From Candidatus Bathyarchaeia archaeon (GTDB taxonomy: Archaea; Thermoproteota; Bathyarchaeia; 40CM-2-53-6), in the NCBI GenBank assembly GCA_050013255.1, contig JBEKFP010000001.1, forward strand, positions 800,001 through 864,000: a stretch of 64,000 nt of DNA, in the 5' to 3' direction. Shown here piece by piece: positions 30,423 through 40,520 of this stretch (position 1 is its first letter; every line of letters starts with the position of its first letter). The translations under genes were made by a program, and so were the position numbers. Under the pieces are notes generated by a model, which saw only the letters and a list, made by a program, of their open reading frames with translations, was not told where the DNA came from and did not search any database.

Positions 30423-31694
30423 TTACTGTCGTTTTCCGCGTTTTCTCCAGACGCCTACGCCTGCTAGAAGAACGATTACGATCACAGCCACCAGAATGAG
30501 GTTAGACCACCCAATCGAAGGAGTCTGACTCGTGGAAGTCGACGACATCTCTGAGATCATAGCTGTAGTTGAGGGCATAGACGATGAGGCATGGCAGTCA
30601 ATCATCGGAACAGTAGCATTTCCGCGTAGGTTCATGATGTTCGTGTTAGCCGTGTTGCATGTCCACACGCCATACTTGTCGTTGAGGATTGTGTTCGACA
30701 ATATAGAAGTGCCCGTTACGGTCGGAGGGGAAGGCATGCCGGGGGCAGCTTCCGCTACGAGTGATATGCCCACGGTTCCATTCGAACCTGTTGGAGTGTT
30801 TGGAGAAGCAAAATCTGGTGGGTAGTATCCGTTGTTGCTGATGAAGTTGTTCTCAATGGTTGTGTGTGAAATCACATCACCGGGGGCATTCGCGTGAATC
30901 GCTATGCCAGGTAGCATGCTCCCATCGACAATGTTGTCAGAAATGATCGTGTCGCTGATAACCGTGTTCGGAGCGTTAGCGGCCATAACAATCTGACCAT
31001 TGTAGGGTCCAACATCAGGCGTGCTCCCAAGAACTAGGTTCCATGTTATGATGTTACCCACTGCGCCCGCGCTCGGGCCAGAGTTGTACGAAGCAACAAG
31101 TATGCCACATCCTGGGATGTTATTTTCAATCAGGTTGTTTGTGATGATGTTTGCGACGCTTTGATGTGGCGTTCCTGGGTTTGGAGCGCCTGGGTTAGCC
31201 GGTCCGTCGTCGGCAACGGCGATGCCTCCGTCAGCAGGATTGAAACTTACTGTGTTGCCTTTGACTAACGCGTGGCTTGTTCCAACAAGTAGAACTTCGT
31301 AGTTGGCAGCAATGCAAGGTTTCGATGGAGTCGAGGGCGTCCCGAATGGACAAGCTGGGTGAGGCGCTATGCCGTTTGCAGTGATGAAGCTGTTCTCTAT
31401 GACGGTGTTCGTGGTGTCCTGCACTAATATTCCGTGGTCGTTTGCCCCTGTGACTGTGGCGTTTGCGATCACTACTTCAATTCCTGGTCCGACGTAGATG
31501 CCGATATCGCAACCTGCAGCGTTGATTATCCCAGTTATCACTTGATTTGAGTTGGCCACTACCGACGCGGTTAGTCCTGTGTCACCGGCTGGCGAGCAGC
31601 TTGCTGCCTGAACATAGCTAAGAGTCGCTGTAGGTCCGAAGAAGACGGCGACAAGGAAGATGGTGACCGCGGTAAAGGCAAGACTGGTTCTCAA
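30423..31694 (-). CDS. Secreted right-handed beta-helix protein with a C-terminal membrane anchor
   Basis: Signal peptide; Asn/Ile ladder repeats (ITNNLIENN, ISDNIV, IENNFISNN); S/T linker, TM helix and basic tail. Confidence 0.85.
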   Translation of the reverse strand: MRTSLAFTAVTIFLVAVFFGPTATLSYVQAASCSPAGDTGLTASVVANSNQVITGIINAAGCDIGIYVGPGIEVVIANATVTGANDHGILVQDTTNTVIENSFITANGIAPHPACPFGTPSTPSKPCIAANYEVLLVGTSHALVKGNTVSFNPADGGIAVADDGPANPGAPNPGTPHQSVANIITNNLIENNIPGCGILVASYNSGPSAGAVGNIITWNLVLGSTPDVGPYNGQIVMAANAPNTVISDTIISDNIVDGSMLPGIAIHANAPGDVISHTTIENNFISNNGYYPPDFASPNTPTGSNGTVGISLVAEAAPGMPSPPTVTGTSILSNTILNDKYGVWTCNTANTNIMNLRGNATVPMIDCHASSSMPSTTAMISEMSSTSTSQTPSIGWSNLILVAVIVIVLLAGVGVWRKRGKRQ

Positions 31695-31770
31695 GTTACT
31701 ATCGAAGGGGATATCAAATTCGACATTAATTAAGCCTTATCTTAGAAGGAGATTCGATGCATCAAAATCA

Positions 31771-32346
31771 CTACAGCGTGCTCGTTTCCTTTCTGTCAAG
31801 TAAGATGTTGATTATTCTAAAAGTCAATCCCCACACTGTGTTTCCGCCGTAAATGTAAGCCTCAACATTCAGGTTTCCCTCGTCGTCCTTTACTTCGGTT
31901 CTATTGACTTCGCTCACGTCCAAGATGCTGAGAGGTACCCAGAATTTCTCTGCAACCTCCTCATTCGATTTAACAATTACACTTGTCTTCAATTGGAAGA
32001 CAAAGGGGGCAACCTGGACTCGGCGCGTGCGGGCGTACACTAATGGAAGTTGTCCAAGCAGTTCATGCTCGCGCAAATCGATTCCGACTTCTTCATGTGC
32101 TTCCCGGATTGCTGTTTCTAAGAAGTTTCGGTCGCTTGAGGCTTTGTGGCCGCCGGGGAAAGCTATCTGACCTGACCATGGGTCCCCTACCCGTTCAGTT
32201 CTCTTGATCAGAAGGATCGAGCCCCCTCGATCCCTCGGATTGATGATGATTGCGACGGCCGCTTCGGGGTGTCCATTATCCGATTTAGGAACAGGTCCCT
32301 CTCTTCGGAGACGCCCCTTGAGAGACTCAATATCAAAGGTACCCGT
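31771..32346 (-). CDS. NUDIX CoA pyrophosphatase (NudL-like); longer than the 101-aa track ORF, start codon uncertain
   Basis: Upstream in-frame translation gives EAAVAIII...LLIKRTERVGDPWSGQIAFPGGH...TAIREAHEEVGI and the C-terminus has VWGLTFRI. Confidence 0.85.
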   Translation of the reverse strand, partial: TGTFDIESLKGRLRREGPVPKSDNGHPEAAVAIIINPRDRGGSILLIKRTERVGDPWSGQIAFPGGHKASSDRNFLETAIREAHEEVGIDLREHELLGQLPLVYARTRRVQVAPFVFQLKTSVIVKSNEEVAEKFWVPLSILDVSEVNRTEVKDDEGNLNVEAYIYGGNTVWGLTFRIINILLDRKETSTL

Positions 32347-32404
32347 CGAGCAGCCACCTCTTTACTGCATTAGTGCGTATTCTATTTGAACGGTCTCTCG
32401 GCGG

Positions 32405-32447
32405 GCGGGGCCATTTGGGGACCCCCCACAAGGGGTGGGGACACCCG
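32405..32447 (+). repeat. Diverged third copy of the 43-bp repeat
   Basis: 26/43 ungapped identity with copy 1; phased GGNNNC boxes and GGGTGGNNNCACCC retained; downstream TGCCTCTA shared with copy 2. Confidence 0.55.
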
Positions 32448-32719
32448 CCCACCTTGCCTCTATTATTGCCTCGGCGTTCGAACAACAGACATGCGTCTTT
32501 CATCCGGAAGCAATTGCGAGTAATCTTCGCCCCAGATCTAATCAGTCAACGGCGAAGAATTCTTTCAGAAAGATCCTGCGACCAGCTGATTTTTCAAACA
32601 AACCTAAACGAAAACAACTCAGGTCCGGTTTTCGCATGGCTTTCTATGAAAGCTTAACGGGGGAAGAATTTATCAGTCGACACCAACTCACGCTCCCAAT
32701 TGCTCTGGAGTTCTTTGAT

Positions 32720-33943
32720 TTGCATAGTGTCGATGACGCATTAGGTCGCATTGAGAGATCCCGTAATGACATCGAACGTTTCATGGTAGAGATGCTGAAG
32801 ATTAAAGCCGTAAATCCGGATGGCGGAGGCAAAGGCGAGTATCAACGGGCACTCTTCGTCAAAAAGTGGCTAGAAGACCTAGGGTTCAAGGTGACGCGCC
32901 ATGATGTTCAAGATAAGCGAGTGCCGGAGGGCGTCCGCATAAACTTAACCACAATCCTTGAGGGGCAAGACAAGAGTAGGACTCTCTGGTTGGCCGCACA
33001 CTTAGACACCGTTCCCGAGGGCGCCCGGGAACTATGGGCAACAGACCCCTATGACCCAGTCATAAAGGACGGCAAAATATTCGGGAGAGGTTCTGAGGAT
33101 AACGGCCAAGCCATTGGCTCTACTTTGTTCTCCGTGAAGGTGTTGAAGGAACTGGGCCTTAAACCCAGAATCAACCTCGGAGTTGCATACGTGTCCGACG
33201 AAGAGTCGGGCAGCAAATACGGCGTCATTCCGCTCATAGAAAAGAACGTGTTCAAACCTACAGATGTAGCAATCGTTCCAGATACGGGAAGTCCGGACGG
33301 CTCGCAGATCGAAGTCGCAGAGAAAAGCATACTGTGGTTGAGGATTACCACGAAAGGCCAGCAAGTTCACGGCAGCACCCCCGAAAAAGGGCTTAACGCA
33401 AGCAGAATCGGAATGAAACTAGCTCTCCAAATGGACGAACTGTTGCACAAAAAATATGCTGCAACCGACCCATTGTTCGACCCCCCAGTTTCAACTTTCG
33501 AACCCACGAAACACGAAGCGAATGTAGATAATGTGAACACTGTCCCAGGCCTCGACGTGCAATACTTTGACTGCCGGGTACTTCCTAAATATCCCCTAAA
33601 GGCGGTGATGGAAGACATCGAATCCTTAAAGTCGAAACTGCAAAAAGAAACAGGTGCAACGATTGAGATTTACCAAGTACAACACGAGGATAATACTAAT
33701 CCAACCCCAACCGACAGCGAAATTGTTCAGAAATTGAAGGCGGCACTCAAGGTGCTGCGCGGCATAGACGCAAAACCTATCGGCATTGGCGGTGGAACCG
33801 TGGGACTGTATTTCAGGCGCAAGGGAATCCAAACCGCCGTATGGTCCACACTAGAAGATATGGCCCACCAACCGAATGAATACTGCAAGATCGACAACAT
33901 CGTCAATGACGCGAAAGTCTTCGTCCATGTCGCGATGAACTGA
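32720..33943 (+). CDS. M20 family metallohydrolase (archaeal DapE/ArgE-like; probable TTG start 32720)
   Basis: AHLDTVP, FGRGSEDNG, SDEESGS, GQQVHGS, GIGGGT, AHQPNE. Confidence 0.9.
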   Translation: MHSVDDALGRIERSRNDIERFMVEMLKIKAVNPDGGGKGEYQRALFVKKWLEDLGFKVTRHDVQDKRVPEGVRINLTTILEGQDKSRTLWLAAHLDTVPEGARELWATDPYDPVIKDGKIFGRGSEDNGQAIGSTLFSVKVLKELGLKPRINLGVAYVSDEESGSKYGVIPLIEKNVFKPTDVAIVPDTGSPDGSQIEVAEKSILWLRITTKGQQVHGSTPEKGLNASRIGMKLALQMDELLHKKYAATDPLFDPPVSTFEPTKHEANVDNVNTVPGLDVQYFDCRVLPKYPLKAVMEDIESLKSKLQKETGATIEIYQVQHEDNTNPTPTDSEIVQKLKAALKVLRGIDAKPIGIGGGTVGLYFRRKGIQTAVWSTLEDMAHQPNEYCKIDNIVNDAKVFVHVAMN

Positions 33944-33953
33944 CTAAGTAACT

Positions 33954-34841
33954 ATGACCGCGCACAGGCGCGATTGCAAATCGATGAAGCCACCCCATTT
34001 GCAACTCACAGTCAGGATCGCTAAGCCATCCGACTTTCGACTAGTCGCAAAGCTCTGCAGGCGTGCGGCTGGTCCTCGAGACTATGTGCTATCTATTCTA
34101 AGGGAGACAATTGAATATGGAGGGCTCTTTCTTGCATGGAACGATTCTGAACTTGTTGGTATGACAAATTTTGAGAAATGCATAGATCGAAGCGGCTGGT
34201 TAAGCATGGCACGCACAGACCCAGAGTGGCGCAGAAGCGGCGTTGCGATTTTCCTTCAGAAGCAGATAGCTGCTCACGCCAAGAAAAGAGGGATAACAAC
34301 CCTCAGGTTGTGGACTTCCTCCAGAAATACGCCTTCAATAAGAGCCATCATGAAGGGCGAATTCAAACAGGTATGTGAAGCCGCCCACATTTCCTACCAT
34401 TTCAAAACGACCGGTAAGAAGACGGCCATCCCCCCTTGTAGCCGAGTGTCTGAGGCTCAACTTGACACATTTCTAAATTCAGAATACCTATCTCAGATGA
34501 ATGGATATTTGGCCTACAATTGGCACTTCGTCAAAGCAAACAAACGTCTCCTCAAGATGATACAGCGAAGAGGGGAATTATACACGATGAGAGGGTCGGC
34601 GTTTATTCTAACCCAGCCGAGGAAAATCTTCGGCGAGCGTGCAACGAGTTTGAGTCTACTCATCGGCAAAGTAACCGATTCATTTAGGCGCTCTAAAGAT
34701 GCAGCAAAGGCGCTTGGAGTTCAAGTCATGGGAGCGTATATTCCGTATAACCGATACCTGTTGAGAACAGCTAGGGAACTCGGATTCAGGAGAGAACATT
34801 GGGGCCAGCACTGCCTGGTGTTCGAAAGAAACATACCTTAA
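33954..34841 (+). CDS. GNAT family N-acetyltransferase
   Basis: ARTDPEWRRSGVA motif A. Confidence 0.8.
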   Translation: MTAHRRDCKSMKPPHLQLTVRIAKPSDFRLVAKLCRRAAGPRDYVLSILRETIEYGGLFLAWNDSELVGMTNFEKCIDRSGWLSMARTDPEWRRSGVAIFLQKQIAAHAKKRGITTLRLWTSSRNTPSIRAIMKGEFKQVCEAAHISYHFKTTGKKTAIPPCSRVSEAQLDTFLNSEYLSQMNGYLAYNWHFVKANKRLLKMIQRRGELYTMRGSAFILTQPRKIFGERATSLSLLIGKVTDSFRRSKDAAKALGVQVMGAYIPYNRYLLRTARELGFRREHWGQHCLVFERNIP

Positions 34842-34871
34842 GCCAAGTTGACTGAAAGATTGTGAGTCGCA

Positions 34872-35663
34872 ATGCCATTGATCAGTTTGCTCACTGATTT
34901 TGGGTCGTTAGATCCTTTTGTCGGTGAGATGAAGGCAGTTATTCTTTCAATTTGCCCTGAAACTAGAATAATCGACCTCACACATCAAGTACAGAAGTTC
35001 GACGTTCGATTGGGGTCTTTCCTCTTGGCTGGGGCCGCACCCTATTTTCCATCAGGGACGATTCACGTTGGGGTGGTTGACCCTGGTGTGGGGAGCAGTC
35101 GTCGTGCAATCGTGGTGCAGTCACGGCGTGTTGTTTATGTCGGCCCGGATAACGGGTTGCTGGTTCCCGCTGCGCAGCGGGAAGGGATCCTTCACGTTTA
35201 CGAATTAACTAATCGTTCTTTCATGCGGAATGAAATTTCCGCAACATTTCACGGAAGGGATGTTTTCGCTCCAGCTGCCGCGCACTTAGCTTGCGGGAAG
35301 ATGCCAAGGGAATGTGGGCCTGAGATTTCCGATTATATACGACCGTCCTATTCCCAACCCACGTTCGATGGCAAAACAATTACCTGCGAAGTCTTTCACA
35401 TTGATGGTTTCGGAAACATCGTGACCAACCTTTCAAATCACATCGAAAGGTTGGGGTTAAAGTTCGAGGATAAGGTTTCGCTCACATTCAAGAAGAAGCG
35501 GATTCCAGCACGTTTCGTCCGAACCTATTCAGACCTTAAGAGGAAAGAGTTTGGAATCCTTTTCGGAAGTCATGGGTTCCTTGAAATTGCCTGCCGCGAG
35601 GCCAGCGCGGCTGGTAAGGTTCGCGTTAAAATTGGGAGTGTTGTTCATGTCGGTGTCGTTTAG
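34872..35663 (+). CDS. SAM hydroxide adenosyltransferase / chlorinase-fluorinase family (DUF62)
   Basis: LLTDFG, VVDPGVG, GPDNG, TFHGRDVFAP, IDGFGN. Confidence 0.92.
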   Translation: MPLISLLTDFGSLDPFVGEMKAVILSICPETRIIDLTHQVQKFDVRLGSFLLAGAAPYFPSGTIHVGVVDPGVGSSRRAIVVQSRRVVYVGPDNGLLVPAAQREGILHVYELTNRSFMRNEISATFHGRDVFAPAAAHLACGKMPRECGPEISDYIRPSYSQPTFDGKTITCEVFHIDGFGNIVTNLSNHIERLGLKFEDKVSLTFKKKRIPARFVRTYSDLKRKEFGILFGSHGFLEIACREASAAGKVRVKIGSVVHVGVV

Positions 35664-36186
35664 GCTCGTCGCTTAACGCGAGTTCCTTCAATCTTTCATC
35701 GCCAAATATGGTCTTGATGTAGGCTGCGACCGAGGCGGGTACGAGTTTCTCCCAGCTTTCGCCGCGGACTACACGTTCGCGTATTTCAGTTGACGAGTAC
35801 GTTTCCCGGTCGTAGAAGGGTAAAGGTTCGACGCGGAAACCTGCTTCTTTGAAGAGGCGTGAGGTGACAGGTTCGTTTGAGAAAACAACTTCGAAGCGAG
35901 GCGTTTGGGAGACGAGGTGTGAAACCCAGAGGTCGTGTACTCGAAGGTCACGGACTGGGATTAGGTAATACTTGGATGGGTCAATCTTAACCTCATCTAA
36001 GGCAAGGCGGATCATCGTGACCCGTTCCCCAGCTGTGAAGGGATTGTGTAACGTGTGGCTGAACTGGGCGCTGCCTATCGCTATGATAGCTTCGGACATT
36101 TTATTCAGTATATGTTGGACGCAGTGCAGGTGGCCTAAGTGGAAGGGTTGAAAGCGCCCGATCAACAACCCGCGTTCTTTGTCCAA
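35626..36186 (-). CDS. nadM: Nicotinamide-nucleotide adenylyltransferase
   Basis: GRFQPFHLGH, IGSAQ, NPFTAGER, SSTEIR. Confidence 0.95.
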   Translation of the reverse strand: MDKERGLLIGRFQPFHLGHLHCVQHILNKMSEAIIAIGSAQFSHTLHNPFTAGERVTMIRLALDEVKIDPSKYYLIPVRDLRVHDLWVSHLVSQTPRFEVVFSNEPVTSRLFKEAGFRVEPLPFYDRETYSSTEIRERVVRGESWEKLVPASVAAYIKTIFGDERLKELALSDEPKRHRHEQHSQF

Positions 36187-36347
36187 GCTTCAGCTATCCT
36201 GGGTTTATTTCGTCCCATGCCTTCAACCGCCTATTAAGAGAACGCTCCCACCCACAGCCGCGTTCGCGAGTCTGTGCTGAGATGGTTGGTCCGGATAGTT
36301 CTGAGTCTAATCGTTTAGTGAAACGTGATTTCTACTCTTATTTTCGT

Positions 36348-36926
36348 TCATTCAGGTTTCCAAAGTGATTCTGCAGAAACTTTTTCGCCGCGAAATACTA
36401 CACCTTCACGTTCAAGCAACCCGCGCTTGACATAGCCACCTTCAGAAGGTTTTCGCCCAGGCATACCGTAGTTTCCAACCTTCAACGAGGCTGGTACGAC
36501 TCTGTGACATGGAATGATTAGTGATAGTGGATTAGTGGCCACAGCAGTGCCAACTGCACGAGCATAACGCTTCCCGCCAACCCTCTTCGCTAAGGCACCA
36601 TATGTTGCCACCTTGCCGCTAGGAATCGCCTGGAGGAGAGAGTAGACCTTTCTCCTGAACTCAGAAACGTTCGACAAATCAAAGGACTTGAGCTGCCCTG
36701 TACCTTTCCCAGAATATGCTCCGTAGATCTCTTCGAACATGCTTGGGTCGACCGTACCGCCGGTTTCAATTTGAGACCGCGGAATCCTACCCATAACGGA
36801 TTCCTCAGCATCATTCTTGCCTCTGTCCGAGAATGCGCACGCCACCAATTGATTCCTCTCATTCATGGCCAAACTGAACCAGACGCCGTCCTTCCGTTGG
36901 GACATGATTCGGATCATGCCGCACAC
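36348..36926 (-). CDS. ogt: Methylated-DNA--protein-cysteine methyltransferase
   Basis: IPSGKVATYG, ARAVG, IPCHRV. Confidence 0.93.
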   Translation of the reverse strand: MCGMIRIMSQRKDGVWFSLAMNERNQLVACAFSDRGKNDAEESVMGRIPRSQIETGGTVDPSMFEEIYGAYSGKGTGQLKSFDLSNVSEFRRKVYSLLQAIPSGKVATYGALAKRVGGKRYARAVGTAVATNPLSLIIPCHRVVPASLKVGNYGMPGRKPSEGGYVKRGLLEREGVVFRGEKVSAESLWKPE

Positions 36927-37038
36927 ACCACTATCCCACCGTATGTGGGGTGTGTAGATAAATTGTGGCCCGGCGATGGATGATTAGTTTCATTAGCCTC
37001 TCAGCCTGATTACACAGTCCCATCGGTTTCCCCTGGTA

Positions 37039-38367
37039 TTGATGGGCTTGGGCTCACTGCAAGACCTTGAGTGGATTCAGAAGAGAACGGGCCTAGACCC
37101 AGCGCAGAACCATGATTCCCTTACTTTCGTCACAACAACATCCTCCACGATGTGCATGCAGTGCCGCGGCAGCCGCATGCTTTGCGGAAAGACCTCCTGC
37201 CCAATTCTGTCAAAAGCGGAATTACTGGTTAAGCATCTTCCGAATCTGAGCAAGTTAGAGATTGACGGGTCGAGCCCGCCTGGTGCTTTTGTTGGCCATG
37301 TTGGTTACCCGAGAGTTTACGTTGGCCCATTAATTCCACCCACTAAAGGTGACACGCGTCTTCTTGATACTCCTGAACTTTGGCTCGGAAAAGATATCCA
37401 AACGATTATTGATTTCAGGTTCAGTTTGATTCGCGGCAAATCGTTGCTGGATGTCCACGATGCCGTTGACCCTAACTCGTACTTGCTCGACCTACACGAC
37501 CTAGCGCTTTCATCTGCGTCGGTTGATGTTGATGCGAAGTTTCGTAAGAAACCAAGGATGGCTGTAACTCTAAGTGACGAAACGCAGCCGTTCGGACCGT
37601 CGGCGTTGATTGAGAAATTACAAGTCTCGCCGAGCACCGGTGAGCGGCGGCTTGAGGCTGTGTATTATGATGAGGATGAGTTGGCTGTGGATGGCATGTT
37701 CGATCTTTACAGGGATGGAATTGAAGTTTCACGGATACAGCGCACGCTAAGCCTCGGCATGTTGGGCGTTCAGAAGCAAAGGAAGATTGTTCCAACCCGC
37801 TGGAGCATCACAGCCGTCGACGACACACTCTCAAAACGGTTGCTTCGAGCGGTGAAGAATTATCCCCCCATCGACAAATACCAGGTCTACACCTACCGGT
37901 ACCTCGATAACGTGTACGAAGTCATAATGTCGCCCAGAAATTGGGAGTACGAGTCAATCGAAGCCTGGTTCCCAGGAACGGCGTGGAACGAAAACGGAAC
38001 ATTGCCCGCAATCATGGGGGACCACGAACCCTACGAGGGGAGGACGACCTACGCCTCTATTGGAGGCTGTTACTACTCCTGCAGGTTGGCCGCGGCTGAA
38101 GCACTTGAGAAGGTTCAGCGGCAAGCTGCAGTTCTAGTTCTCCGTGAAGCACGACCGGGCTACATACTTCCCGTCGGCGTTTGGAACGTAAGGGAGAGCG
38201 TCCGCGCGGCCCTTAGAACAGCGCCAGCAATATTCGACACCTTTCAACAAGCGCTGCACTACGCCTGTAGCAATTTTATAATCCCGCGAAAAACCTGGAT
38301 TGGCAATAGTGTGCTCATTCGTAACGAAATGTTCCAGCCTCGCCTCAACCAATACTTTGCTAGTTGA
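37039..38367 (+). CDS. nreA: Archaeal DNA repair protein Nre (DUF650/651)
   Basis: CMQCRGSRMLCGKTSCP, SPPGAFVG, VPTRWSITAVD, PVGVWNVRE, C-terminal PIP-like QPRLNQYF. Confidence 0.92.
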   Translation: MMGLGSLQDLEWIQKRTGLDPAQNHDSLTFVTTTSSTMCMQCRGSRMLCGKTSCPILSKAELLVKHLPNLSKLEIDGSSPPGAFVGHVGYPRVYVGPLIPPTKGDTRLLDTPELWLGKDIQTIIDFRFSLIRGKSLLDVHDAVDPNSYLLDLHDLALSSASVDVDAKFRKKPRMAVTLSDETQPFGPSALIEKLQVSPSTGERRLEAVYYDEDELAVDGMFDLYRDGIEVSRIQRTLSLGMLGVQKQRKIVPTRWSITAVDDTLSKRLLRAVKNYPPIDKYQVYTYRYLDNVYEVIMSPRNWEYESIEAWFPGTAWNENGTLPAIMGDHEPYEGRTTYASIGGCYYSCRLAAAEALEKVQRQAAVLVLREARPGYILPVGVWNVRESVRAALRTAPAIFDTFQQALHYACSNFIIPRKTWIGNSVLIRNEMFQPRLNQYFAS

Positions 38368-38451
38368 AGTTCGGGTTCTGAGAGATTAGCATAAGAAAGG
38401 ATACTCTTTTTCCTGAAGTGCTCGTAGTGGACGCATGGAGTCCGCGGGTCG

Positions 38452-39513
38452 TTGATTGAGATAGCCGGTGATATGCTTGAGGGTGGAGGCCAAATTCTTC
38501 GTACCACCATAGCCCTGTCTGCCCTCATGCGGAAGGACGTCAGGATCACGAAGATTCGCAATAACCGGCCTAACCCTGGTTTGCAGGCCCAACATGTCAC
38601 GGCGGTCCGGGCCGTTGCAGTTGTCGCAGGTGCGAAAACCGAAGGCCTCTTGCCGGGTTCCAGGGAGTTAGTGTTCAGACCCGGTGGCCATGTTGCAGGC
38701 CGCTTCAGTTTCAATGTGGGAACTGCCGGCAGCATTCCCTTGATCCTGCAGGCTGTAATGCCCTCGGCCGCCTACGCCCCAGACCAAGTTGAGTTCGAGT
38801 TGACCGGCGGTACCGATGTGCCTTGGAGCCCTACCATCGACTACGTTCGGCTAGTCGAGCTTCCGATACTGCAGATAATGGGTTACCGGGCTGCCTTAGC
38901 GGTCCATCGACGGGGGCACTACCCGAGGGGGGGTGGCCGCGTTACGATAGTGGTCGACCCGCCAAGGGCCTTGAAGGCTGTTAGGTTGCTCGAACAACGT
39001 GGCGGGACAGTTGTGGAGGGCATTAGCCATTGCGTGAAACTTCCCAGCCATGTAGCTGAGAGGCAGGCGGCCGCTGCGAAGGAGAAGTTGGGTGCCAGCG
39101 GCGCTCGAGACGTGAGCATAGCCGTAGAATCCTACCCACCAGCCCAAGATCCGCACCTCGCGCCTGGAAGCGGCATAGCGTTAGCCATGAAGTTCGTAAA
39201 CGGCCTCATTCTCGGCGCCGATAGCATTGGTGAAAGAGGAAAACCAGCTGAACGAGTAGGCCAAGAAGCCGCAAACAGTTTGCTTGCAGAGTTCGATTCA
39301 AAGGCCGCCGTTGACTTGCACATGGGCGACATGCTCATCCCATACATGGCAGTCGCCGAAGGACGATCGGAAATACAAGTCTCAGCAATCACGAACCACA
39401 CATTGACCAACATTAGGGTAGCCGAGATTCTTTCGGGCGTAAAATTTCAGGTTCAAGGATCGCTGCATGAACCTGGAAGAATCAGTGTCGAAGGAATCGG
39501 TTTGAGAACATGA
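38452..39513 (+). CDS. rtcA: RNA 3'-terminal phosphate cyclase
   Basis: EGGGQILRT, RPNPGL, GGTDVPWSP, YPRGGG, TNHTLTN. Confidence 0.95.
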   Translation: MIEIAGDMLEGGGQILRTTIALSALMRKDVRITKIRNNRPNPGLQAQHVTAVRAVAVVAGAKTEGLLPGSRELVFRPGGHVAGRFSFNVGTAGSIPLILQAVMPSAAYAPDQVEFELTGGTDVPWSPTIDYVRLVELPILQIMGYRAALAVHRRGHYPRGGGRVTIVVDPPRALKAVRLLEQRGGTVVEGISHCVKLPSHVAERQAAAAKEKLGASGARDVSIAVESYPPAQDPHLAPGSGIALAMKFVNGLILGADSIGERGKPAERVGQEAANSLLAEFDSKAAVDLHMGDMLIPYMAVAEGRSEIQVSAITNHTLTNIRVAEILSGVKFQVQGSLHEPGRISVEGIGLRT

Positions 39514-39588
39514 AATAGATTGAGCACTACAGCACAGGGATAAACTATTAGGATTACGTGCTGCGACAGCTCGCAAGGTGAATTCACG

Positions 39589-40017
39589 ATGTTGGCGAAT
39601 GCCCTCCAAGTCATCATTGTGATTTTGCTCGGCATCCTATTCGCGTACCTGTACGGTTTCATTGAACACGGCTACATTCCCCCGGCCGAGCACCTTCGCC
39701 TGCGGTTTTTCCACCACTTCGCAAATTACCACATCATCATGTTCGGGTTGTTTTCAGCGCTCCCGTTAGTAGTTATAGTTTTCGAGCCGAACAGACTGGG
39801 TGTTCTACTGAGCTTTGGCTTGTGGACTTTCCTACCTGTCGGAGAAGACATTTCCTGGTACCATTTCGCGGGTACTTGGCCTACCCCTGAAGATTGGACC
39901 TCATGGGGAGGCGGCTATCACATCAGAAAAAGATGGATACCAAAATGGTACGTCACCAATTTGGTGTTAACGGCCGTGTTCTTCGGACTGGCCATAGCCC
40001 TTCCCCTCTTGCAATAG
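39589..40017 (+). CDS. Hypothetical membrane protein
   Basis: About four TM segments; EDISWY motif. Confidence 0.7.
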   Translation: MLANALQVIIVILLGILFAYLYGFIEHGYIPPAEHLRLRFFHHFANYHIIMFGLFSALPLVVIVFEPNRLGVLLSFGLWTFLPVGEDISWYHFAGTWPTPEDWTSWGGGYHIRKRWIPKWYVTNLVLTAVFFGLAIALPLLQ

Positions 40018-40108
40018 CTTCGCCCAGCAGATGATTCCATTCGAGAAGAGGGGCAAAGTTACACACGAGTGACTACAAATCATCCGCCAAGTCCGGGAAA
40101 CTGGAGTG

Positions 40109-40185
40109 AAAATGGTATGTCATCAATTTCGGGTTAACGGTCGTATTTTTTCGGCTTAGCCTTAGCTCTTAACCTAGACCGCTGA
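40109..40185 (+). pseudogene. Diverged duplicate of the 3' end of 39589-40017 (one frameshift)
   Basis: KWYVINFGLTVVFF/GLALAL versus KWYVTNLVLTAVFFGLAIAL. Confidence 0.75.
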
Positions 40186-40220
40186 ACCCTTGGACCAGAA
40201 CGTCATTCTACTGGTACTTG

Positions 40221-40252
40221 AAAAAAGAAGAAAAATGCGGGAAACAACCCGC
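40221..40252 (-). terminator. GC hairpin plus oligo-T terminator downstream of the 24-aa ORF
   Basis: Minus strand GCGGG-ttgttt-CCCGC-atttttcttctttttt. Confidence 0.65.
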
Positions 40253-40266
40253 CTTTATCGAAAGAC

Positions 40267-40341
40267 TTAAGCTACGTATTCAGTTGTGTCCCTTGCCTCA
40301 CGACCTTCTAGCTTCATTTTGACCTTGCGTTTCTTAGCCAA
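40267..40341 (-). CDS. 24-aa basic microprotein (not in the ORF track)
   Basis: MAKKRKVKMKLEGREARDTTEYVA; SD GGAGGTGA, TATA-like TTATAT (40369-40374) and a downstream terminator. Confidence 0.7.
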   Translation of the reverse strand: MAKKRKVKMKLEGREARDTTEYVA

Positions 40342-40520
40342 CTCAATTCACCTCCAACAATTAACTCAATATAAGGCGCTCTCAGTATTTAACGCGGCTT
40401 GGAGAAGAAATCAAAAAGGACGAATGTTCCACATTTCTACCAAGTAGACGCCTATGTCTTATCTCGTGTTGGGTTACTAGCGCCTGCTAGGTTGTGATTG
40501 CAGAATCAAGGGTGGCGGGT

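Noticed and set aside
32435-32719. 95-aa N-terminal extension of the M20 hydrolase
   Set aside because: Starts inside the intergenic repeat; family similarity begins near TTG 32720, which has an SD-like GGAG upstream.
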